Positions 57,080 through 64,000 of a stretch of 64,000 nucleotides of DNA are shown piece by piece; the stretch's first letter is position 1, and the number at the start of each line of letters is the position of its first letter. The translations under genes were made by a program, and so were the position numbers. The stretch is from Gemmatimonadota bacterium (GTDB taxonomy: Bacteria; Gemmatimonadota; Gemmatimonadetes; Palauibacterales; Palauibacteraceae), in assembly GCA_963666735.1 (NCBI GenBank), contig OY762926.1, forward strand, positions 512,001 to 576,000. Reading direction: 5' to 3'. The notes below the pieces were generated by a model. The model was given only the letters and a program-made list of their open reading frames with translations, ran no database searches and was not told the DNA's origin.

Positions 57080-59023
57080 ATGCTGAGACTGTGCGGCAGG
57101 GTGCCGCGTCAGGGTGTCGCGATCTCCGGTCTCGCGCTCGCGGCTTGCGGCGGCGGCACGACGGACCCGCCACCGCCACCGCCGCCTCCTCCGCTCGCCA
57201 CGGGGTGCGGAGGGGCGGCCACGCCGTCCGTGTCCGTCACGCTGGACCTGGCCCCCGGCCAGCACGTCACGCTCGACAACCCCGGGGATGTGCGCGCCTT
57301 CAGGCTGGCTGGCGCCGACTCGCCCCGCGACTACCAGGTCATCGTGCAGAGCGCTTCCCAGGCGCCCGGCCAGCGCGTAGACGGCTGCATACGTGTTCGC
57401 GCCGAGCGCGCCTCCGGGAACGTGACCCCGCTCAACGCGCCCCGTCTCACGCCTGCGAGCGGAGACCTGAGCCGCGACCTTCGCCGGCGGGCGTCCTGGT
57501 TCGCGCGGGAGCGCCTTCTTCGGGAGCGGGATCTCCAGGAACTCGCCGCGGTCGGCGCCCAGCCGCTACGGCCCGGAACTCGGGGGCTCGATCCTCTGAA
57601 GCTGGCCGATGCGCTGCGGCCGCCGGACCTTGGGGACACCCTGTCCTTCAGGGTCGGGGTGGGCGCGAACCTGGTCGTGAACTGCCGCAATCCGACGATG
57701 GTCACGGGTGAGGTCAGGTACGCCGGAGAGCACTTCACCATCGTCGAAGACCTCCAGTTCCACGATCAGCCGGACAGCGACCGGTTCTCGCCGGACGAGT
57801 TCGAAGCGATCGGCCGGCAGCTGGACGACGTCGTGTATCCGATGGATGTCGCCTACTTCGGCGAACCCGCGGACATCGACGACAACGGGACCGTCTTCGC
57901 CCTCATCACGGCCGAGGTGAACAAGCTCACGCCCGCCGGCGAGCAGAGCGTCGTCGCCGGCTTCTTCCTGGCGCGCGATCTTACGGCGAGATCGAGTTGT
58001 GAGGCCTCGAACGAAGGGGAGATCTTCTATCTCGTGGGTCCGGATCCGGACGAGGACTTCGGCGCGGACATCAGCCTCAGCTTCGCGAACGCGCTCGCGC
58101 GGTCGACCGTCGCGCACGAGTTCGCCCACCTCCTCAACACCCAGCAGCGCGTCACGCTCGGGGGCGGGAACATCTTCGGCGACCGAGAGGTGGCATGGCT
58201 CGATGAAGGGATGGCCCACCTTGCCGAGGAGATCGCCGGCCTCCGCGCCGCGGGCCTCGGGACGAGGGCGAACCTCGATCTGGACATGATCACGTCGAGC
58301 GAGGAACAACTCGCCATCTACAACCATTATCACGTCGTGAATCAGATTCGCCTCGGCCGCTTCCTTCGGGGCGGCTGTCCGACGCCGGACCCCAACGGCC
58401 CGGCGGCGACCCGGGTGCTCGGGGACGCCGCCGGCGAAGATCCGGGAGGAGTGGAATCCCTCGCCTTCCGTGGTTTCGGGTACGGGTTCGCACGCTGGCT
58501 GGGCGACCAGTTCGGGCCGTCCGGGAGCGGGGGAGCGCTGCCCGGCGGCAGGGAAGACGAACTGTTTCGGTATCTGACCTCGGGCGGGCCCGCGCACTTC
58601 AAGGGCATCACCAACGTCGAGCGTACGCTCCAGGCCGTGGCCGGCGTGGAGATGGAGTGGGACGAGCTCCTCTCGCTGTACCTCACATCTCTCATCGCCG
58701 ACGACCGCGCGCCGGCCGCCGCGGATCCCCGGACGCAGTGGAGGACCTGGAATCTCCCGGGGCTGTACCGACAGCTGAGCGAATCCAATCTCGGAGACAA
58801 CTGCCCGTTCACCCGCGACTTCCCGCTCACGCCCTCGAGGGTGAATGTCCATGTATCGACGAGCAGCTCGACCGAGTTCACCGTGAACTCCTCCACCGGG
58901 CGCTACTTGTCGCTCGTGAGCTCGGGCGCGACGCCCGGCCTGGTCGTCGAGGTCATGGACCCGGCCGGAGCCAACCTCCCCGGACGGGCGCGGGCGCAGG
59001 TCACCGTGCTCCGGATGCGCTGA
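57080..59023 (+). CDS. Lipoprotein zinc metallopeptidase, M30/hyicolysin-like (paralog 2)
   Basis: Lipobox 'LAAC', poly-Pro linker; 'YFGEPADIDDNG', 'CEASNEGEIFY', 'VAHEFAHL', 'WLDEGMAHLAEE'. Confidence 0.82.
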   Translation: MLRLCGRVPRQGVAISGLALAACGGGTTDPPPPPPPPPLATGCGGAATPSVSVTLDLAPGQHVTLDNPGDVRAFRLAGADSPRDYQVIVQSASQAPGQRVDGCIRVRAERASGNVTPLNAPRLTPASGDLSRDLRRRASWFARERLLRERDLQELAAVGAQPLRPGTRGLDPLKLADALRPPDLGDTLSFRVGVGANLVVNCRNPTMVTGEVRYAGEHFTIVEDLQFHDQPDSDRFSPDEFEAIGRQLDDVVYPMDVAYFGEPADIDDNGTVFALITAEVNKLTPAGEQSVVAGFFLARDLTARSSCEASNEGEIFYLVGPDPDEDFGADISLSFANALARSTVAHEFAHLLNTQQRVTLGGGNIFGDREVAWLDEGMAHLAEEIAGLRAAGLGTRANLDLDMITSSEEQLAIYNHYHVVNQIRLGRFLRGGCPTPDPNGPAATRVLGDAAGEDPGGVESLAFRGFGYGFARWLGDQFGPSGSGGALPGGREDELFRYLTSGGPAHFKGITNVERTLQAVAGVEMEWDELLSLYLTSLIADDRAPAAADPRTQWRTWNLPGLYRQLSESNLGDNCPFTRDFPLTPSRVNVHVSTSSSTEFTVNSSTGRYLSLVSSGATPGLVVEVMDPAGANLPGRARAQVTVLRMR

Positions 59024-59215
59024 ACGGCGGCCGGGGGCTGCGGCGGCGAAGGGGGACCCACGTCTCCTCCACCGCCCGGACCGCCGCCTCCGCCGCCCGG
59101 ACCGACGATCGGGGCCTCGCTCAACCTGCGTCCGGGAGAGGTCCACGTACTCTCCGAACGCGACGCGATCCGCGCATTCGAGATTCAGGGGGCGGCGGAA
59201 GGGCGCGAGTACCAG

Positions 59216-60847
59216 GTGATCGTGATGAGTGCGTCGCTTTCGGAGGGACGCACGACTCCCCTGCGCGTCAGAGCCCGAGCGGACGACGTGAGCCCGAACG
59301 TCGTCCCGAACCCGCGGACGAACCGCAGCGGAAGGGATGCCGCGATCCCGCCGGCTCGCGGGCTTGCCGGCCTCTCCGGCGAACCGCGCCCCGACCGGGA
59401 CTGGCATCTGCGGCAGATGATCGAGACGGAACGCGAGTTGCGCCGCCTCCGCGCCCGCCCCGCCGAGGGGATCGGCCGGGCTTCGCGCGGGCTCGCGGCG
59501 GCCGTCTCCGACGTCCCCCAGGTGGGTGACACGCTCACGGTCAGATCCGCCATCGTGCCTGGAGGAGGCGTCCAGTGCACGGCGAACACGCCGATCAAGT
59601 CGACGGTGCGGACCGTCGGCGAGAACTTCATCATCGTCGAGGACGATCGACTCGCCGGCCGGTTCACGGAGGAGGACTACGCCGACCTCGACCGGGAACT
59701 CGATGAATTCATCGCCCCGGTAAGCCACGAGTATTTCGGCGAGCCGGAAGATCTGGACGGCAACCAGCGCGTCATCGCCTTCTTCACCGGAGAGGTGAAC
59801 CGTCTCAGCGAGCCCGAGAGCGGGAGCGTCGTCATCGGCTTCCACTGGATCGGGAATCTTTTCGAGCGCGAGAACTGCCCGGCGAGCAACGAGGCCGAGA
59901 TCATCTGGCTGATCGGTCCGGACCCGGATGCCGAGTTCGGTATCGAGATCGGCGCGGATTTCGTGAAGCGAGTCGCCCGCAGCCTGGTCGCGCACGAATA
60001 CCAGCACCTTCTCAACGCCTCGCAGCGCCTGGGGGGGCAGCGCGGCCAGGACACGTGGGGTAACGCCGACCTGTGGGTCAACGAGGGCCTGTCGCACGTG
60101 GCGGAGGAAGTCACCGGCTTCTACCGGCAGGGACTGCGCGTACGCGGGAACTACGGGTACACGGAACTGATCGCCGGCGATCCCGGCCTTGTGGCGTTCC
60201 GCGATTTCTTCGAAGGCAATCTGGAAAACGCTCGCGAATACCTCTCCGCCCCGACCGAATTCAACCCGCTCGCGCTGAACAACAACACGCTCGACTTCGC
60301 GACGCGCGGCTGGGGATATGTCTTCGTGCGCTGGTTCGGCGACCGTTACGGGCCGGCCGGACCGGGCGGGATCGTCGCCGGGTCGGGCGAGGCGGCCCTC
60401 TACCGGGAACTCGCGGTCGGCGGCCCCGGCTTTCTGTTCGGATACGAGAACTTCCTCCGCGCGGCGGAGGTGGCCGGAGGCGAGACGACGACTTGGGGCG
60501 ACGTTCTGGCCGAGCACTTCGCGGCTTCGGCCGCGGACGACGCACACGAGGCGCTCCCGGACGGGGCCCAGTTCTCGACATGGAACTGGCCGCGACTGTG
60601 GGAGGAACTGCGGACTGCCGGGGTCCGGGGATTGACCGGAGGCGACCCGCTCCGGCGCCGCATCATCCAGATGGGGGCGGGCGTGTCGTCGACGGACGAG
60701 TTCGATCTCGGTTCCTCGACGGCCCGTTACTACCATCTGCGGGCGGCGGGCGGCCATCCCTCGATGATCGTGGAGACGACCATCGCCTCCGGCGGCAACG
60801 TTCCCAACAGCGCGGAGGCGCGCATCATCGTCGTTCGTACGCGTTGA
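59216..60847 (+). CDS. Zinc metallopeptidase, M30/hyicolysin-like (paralog 3); homology extends in frame back to 59024 but without start codon or signal peptide
   Basis: 'YFGEPEDLDGN', 'CPASNEAEIIW', 'VAHEYQHL', 'WVNEGLSHVAEE'; upstream in-frame 'TAAGGCGGEGGPTSPPPPGPPPPPPGP...LNLRPGEVHVL...REYQVIV'. Confidence 0.8.
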   Translation: MIVMSASLSEGRTTPLRVRARADDVSPNVVPNPRTNRSGRDAAIPPARGLAGLSGEPRPDRDWHLRQMIETERELRRLRARPAEGIGRASRGLAAAVSDVPQVGDTLTVRSAIVPGGGVQCTANTPIKSTVRTVGENFIIVEDDRLAGRFTEEDYADLDRELDEFIAPVSHEYFGEPEDLDGNQRVIAFFTGEVNRLSEPESGSVVIGFHWIGNLFERENCPASNEAEIIWLIGPDPDAEFGIEIGADFVKRVARSLVAHEYQHLLNASQRLGGQRGQDTWGNADLWVNEGLSHVAEEVTGFYRQGLRVRGNYGYTELIAGDPGLVAFRDFFEGNLENAREYLSAPTEFNPLALNNNTLDFATRGWGYVFVRWFGDRYGPAGPGGIVAGSGEAALYRELAVGGPGFLFGYENFLRAAEVAGGETTTWGDVLAEHFAASAADDAHEALPDGAQFSTWNWPRLWEELRTAGVRGLTGGDPLRRRIIQMGAGVSSTDEFDLGSSTARYYHLRAAGGHPSMIVETTIASGGNVPNSAEARIIVVRTR

Positions 60848-60903
60848 TCCGTCAGGACCGGCGCGGCGTCCGCCATCTCGTGGCCGTCGCGCCGGGCCCT
60901 CGT

Positions 60904-60932
60904 TTGGCGATCCGCGGACCCCGCCCTAGCTT
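60904..60932 (+). promoter_or_regulatory. Putative sigma70 promoter of thrS
   Basis: TTGGCG-17 nt-TAGCTT. Confidence 0.5.
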
Positions 60933-60986
60933 CCGCGTCCACCGAGAGTCGGAGTCCAATCGAATCGTGCATCGACGGGTAGGCCG

Positions 60987-62930
60987 ATGAACGAACCCCA
61001 GATTTCCATTACGCTCCCCGACGGATCCCCGAAGCGGCTGCCTCGCGGCGCCAGCGCCGGCGATCTTGCCGCGGCGATCGGTCCGGGGCTGGCCCGGGCC
61101 GCCGTGGCCGCGCGCGTGAACGGCGTGCTCACGGATCTTTCGGCCGCCCTTCCGGACGGGGCGGAAGTCGCGATCGTGACGCGCAGCGACGAAGACCCCG
61201 ACGCGCTCTACGTGCTTCGGCATTCCGCGGCGCACGCGCTTGCCACCGCCGTGCGCGAACGGTATCCGGGGGCGGGGATCGGTTTCGGCCCTCCGATCGA
61301 CGATGGCTTCTACTACGACTTCGAGGTTCCGGCGCCCTTCACGCCGGAGGACCTGGAAGAGATCGAGCGCGCGATGGCCGAAGTCGCGGGGGCGGACGAT
61401 CCGTTCGAGCGCCGCGAGGTCGAGCGCGATGAAGCTCTGGAACTCTTTTCGGACGACCCGCTCAAGCTGGAGCGGCTGGACGAGATTCCGGAGGGCGAGG
61501 CGATTTCCGTCTATCGGAACGGGCCGTTCCTCGACCTGTGCCGCGGGCCGCACGCTCCCCGCACCGGTGAGATCCGACACTTCCGGATTCTGAACGCCGC
61601 GGGGGCCTATTGGCGCGGCGACGAGCGGCGGCAGATGCTCCAGCGCATCTATGGCACAGCTTTCTACTCGCGGGAGGCGCTCGAGGCCTACATCACCCGC
61701 CTCGAGGAGGTCCGCAAGCGCGATCACCGGAAGCTGGGCAGGGAACTGGACCTGTTCTCCATCCAGGACGAGATCGGGCCCGGGCTCGTGTGCTGGCACC
61801 CCAAGGGCGCGCGCGTGCAACTCGAGCTGAGGCGCTGGATCGAAGATCTGCAGGAGGCGCACGGCTACGAGTTCGTCTACACGCCGCACGTCTCCAGCGA
61901 GGCGCTCTTCCGGCGCTCCGGGCACCTTCCGAACTACGCCGAGAACATGTACCCCCGGATGGAGGACGAGGACGGCGAAGCGTTCCGCGTGAAGCCGATG
62001 AACTGTCCGGGACACATCACGATCTACGCGGCGCAACCCCGCAGCTACCGCGACCTTCCCGTGCGGTTGTCCGAGGTCGCGAACGTGTACCGCTACGAAC
62101 GGTCCGGGACGCTCCACGGTTTGCTGCGCGTGCGCATGCTCACCATGGACGACGGGCACGTCTTCTGTACGCCGGACCAGATCGAGGACGAGATCTTCAT
62201 CTGCCTGAAGCTGGTCGACACCGTGATGACGACGCTGGGCCTCGACTACCGGTTCGATCTCTCGACGCGACCCGACGGGGACAAGCGGATCGGCGGCGAC
62301 GAGGTGTGGGATGTGGCCGAGGGCGCCCTGCGCGACGCGCTGGAGCGCGGAGGACTCGACTACGAACTGGACGAGGGCGGGGGCGCGTTCTACGGCCCGA
62401 AGATCGACATCAAGTACAGGGACGCGATCGGTCGCGAGTGGCAGGGCGCCACGATCCAGCTCGACTTCAACCTGCCCGACCGCTTCGAACTCGAGTACAT
62501 GGGGACGGACAACAAGCCGCACCGCCCCGTGATGATCCACCGCGCCATCTTCGGCACCCTGGAGCGCTTCACGGGCGTGCTCATCGAGCATTTTGCGGGC
62601 GCCTTCCCGCCTTGGCTCGCGCCCGTGCAGGTGCGGATCCTGCCGATCACCGACGCGCACGCGCCGCCGGCCGAGGAGATCCGGGACCGCCTCGCCGCCG
62701 AAGGCCTGCGCGTGGAGCTCGACGCCCGCTCCGACACGCTCGGCTACCGTATCCGCGACGGTGAACTGCAGAAGGTCCCCTACCTGCTCGTCGTCGGAGA
62801 CCGCGAAATCGAGGCCGGCACCGTCGCCGTCCGCGCCCGCGGCGCGACGCGGAAGCAGGAAGTCGTCCCCCTGGACGATTTCATCACCCGCATCCGCGAC
62901 AGAGTTTCGGCCCGCAGCTTGGAACCGTAG
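60987..62930 (+). CDS. thrS: Threonine--tRNA ligase
   Basis: TGS 'ITLPDGS', 'RHSAAH', 'DLCRGPH', 'AGAYWRGD', 'RDHRKLG', 'KPMNCPGH', 'GAFYGPKID', 'HRAIFGTLERF'. Confidence 0.98.
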   Translation: MNEPQISITLPDGSPKRLPRGASAGDLAAAIGPGLARAAVAARVNGVLTDLSAALPDGAEVAIVTRSDEDPDALYVLRHSAAHALATAVRERYPGAGIGFGPPIDDGFYYDFEVPAPFTPEDLEEIERAMAEVAGADDPFERREVERDEALELFSDDPLKLERLDEIPEGEAISVYRNGPFLDLCRGPHAPRTGEIRHFRILNAAGAYWRGDERRQMLQRIYGTAFYSREALEAYITRLEEVRKRDHRKLGRELDLFSIQDEIGPGLVCWHPKGARVQLELRRWIEDLQEAHGYEFVYTPHVSSEALFRRSGHLPNYAENMYPRMEDEDGEAFRVKPMNCPGHITIYAAQPRSYRDLPVRLSEVANVYRYERSGTLHGLLRVRMLTMDDGHVFCTPDQIEDEIFICLKLVDTVMTTLGLDYRFDLSTRPDGDKRIGGDEVWDVAEGALRDALERGGLDYELDEGGGAFYGPKIDIKYRDAIGREWQGATIQLDFNLPDRFELEYMGTDNKPHRPVMIHRAIFGTLERFTGVLIEHFAGAFPPWLAPVQVRILPITDAHAPPAEEIRDRLAAEGLRVELDARSDTLGYRIRDGELQKVPYLLVVGDREIEAGTVAVRARGATRKQEVVPLDDFITRIRDRVSARSLEP

Positions 62931-63014
62931 CACTTCGACTTGAAGATCTGTCCTGGGATTTCAGCGGACGATCTTCGGGACGTTCGAAAGCGGTCGAGTG
63001 GTCCAGACGGGCTT

Positions 63015-64000
63015 TCACCGCACCTCGACGGGCAGCCTCCTCACCACCACGCGGGACACGTCGAACTCGCCAATTTCGATGAACGCCGCCAACCCGTTCG
63101 GGCCGAAGGAGTCCGGCATCGCGGTCGCGCCAGAGGGATACGTTCCGACGTACTCGCCCGCTGCGGTCATGACGTCGATCGGTCCGTCGCCGATCAATTC
63201 GTCTCCCTGACGCATCACCCAGATCCGGCCTTCCCAAGTGGTGGAGAGGTTCCGCAGAACGGGAATCTCGTGATAGAAGGGCGGGTCTGCCAAGGTGAAG
63301 GAGGGCAGCTGCGAAAGTGACGCTGGCGAAGGCGGTGTCCCGCTGGAACCGCTCAGTATCGAAATGGCGTTCTGGGCGCGCTCGCCCCTCAGTTCCCTGT
63401 ATCGCTCTTCGATCCTCGGCGTCACGGGCTCGGGCCGAAGGGGCCGCGTGATGATTCGTGCCACGCTCCCCGTCGTTGAGGCAATCTTCAACGCATACGC
63501 CGAGGAGTCCGAATAGACGGTGCGGCCGTCCGGAAGAACGCCCATCAGAAGTTCGGGCTCGAAGGTCGATGGCCTCGCGACGCCGCCCAGCATCTGATTG
63601 AGGTCGGCACTGCTGCCCTCGAGCGGGACGTTGGAGGGACCTTCGAAGAGGTTGACCGCTTCGCGCGGGGGGAGCCAGGCCCGCACCACCGTGTCGGCCT
63701 CGATGGTTTCGGCGCCGAGGTCCAGGCGCGTAATGGGCCTGTTGGCGGGCTGGTCGGCCCCGGCTCCGCCGATGCTCATCGACATACCCCACCACGCGGC
63801 ATACACCGCGCCGCCCCGAGGATCGGGTTGAATGGGCGCCGAAGCCCTTATGCTGGCGCCCATGAAGGCACCTCCCCCATCCCCCGGCGCTTCCGATGGA
63901 GATCGCACCATTCGCACGAACTCCCCCGACGGATCGAAGATCTGGTAGGCCGCGTGACCCATGTCGCTCACGATGGTCGTGCCATCCCGCCAGACGGCGT
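63015..64000 (-). CDS. 6-bladed beta-propeller family protein, C-terminal part (5' end outside window)
   Basis: '[22 protein letters not shown]', '[14 protein letters not shown]', 'EGRIWVMR', '[13 protein letters not shown]', '[15 protein letters not shown]', typical of this family. Confidence 0.75.
   Translation of the reverse strand, partial: AVWRDGTTIVSDMGHAAYQIFDPSGEFVRMVRSPSEAPGDGGGAFMGASIRASAPIQPDPRGGAVYAAWWGMSMSIGGAGADQPANRPITRLDLGAETIEADTVVRAWLPPREAVNLFEGPSNVPLEGSSADLNQMLGGVARPSTFEPELLMGVLPDGRTVYSDSSAYALKIASTTGSVARIITRPLRPEPVTPRIEERYRELRGERAQNAISILSGSSGTPPSPASLSQLPSFTLADPPFYHEIPVLRNLSTTWEGRIWVMRQGDELIGDGPIDVMTAAGEYVGTYPSGATAMPDSFGPNGLAAFIEIGEFDVSRVVVRRLPVEVR

Noticed and set aside
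57166..57195. CCG/CCA repeats encoding poly-Pro as a contingency locus
   Set aside because: Mixed synonymous codons; typical lipoprotein linker, also present in paralog 3.
60860..60980. E. coli-like thrS operator mimicking the tRNA-Thr anticodon (CGT in two hairpins)
   Set aside because: The proximal stem is only 4 bp, and the distal hairpin lies upstream of the predicted promoter and more likely terminates the peptidase gene; CGT is common by chance.

Overview
GC-rich bacterial chromosome segment. Gene content (SusC/SusD pair, Oar-type TonB receptor, 6-bladed beta-propeller lipoproteins, bshA, CIRCE-groESL, MoxR/Bat cluster) suggests Gemmatimonadota; this is an inference. Most of the window is housekeeping: hemY fragment, hemE, ctaA, thiolase, gltX, tadA, pyrRBC, rpsT, scpAB, rluB, MoxR-DUF58-Bat, selD, tRNA-Ile2(CAU), secDF, tatD, mutL, miaA, bshA, uppP, birA, coaX, groESL, thrS. 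The accessory parts are: (1) an islet at about 3.87-6.1 kb encoding a small secreted Cys-rich peptide, a 6-bladed beta-propeller lipoprotein and a decayed tandem copy, the best candidate for an undescribed peptide/receptor or toxin/immunity system; (2) a selenocysteine-encoding selD (in-frame TGA plus SECIS-like hairpin) that the ORF track truncates; (3) a TonB receptor after the tRNA, followed by AbrB/PIN toxin-antitoxin and Hsp20 remnants; (4) a SusCD locus with two lipoproteins and a convergent Zn protease; (5) three tandem M30-like lipoprotein metallopeptidases, the third in frame directly behind the TGA of the second with no start codon; (6) a roughly 95-nt orphan hairpin after tadA, recurrent tandem repeats on stop codons, and several apparently leaderless promoters. 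Family assignments come from motif recognition, not database searches.
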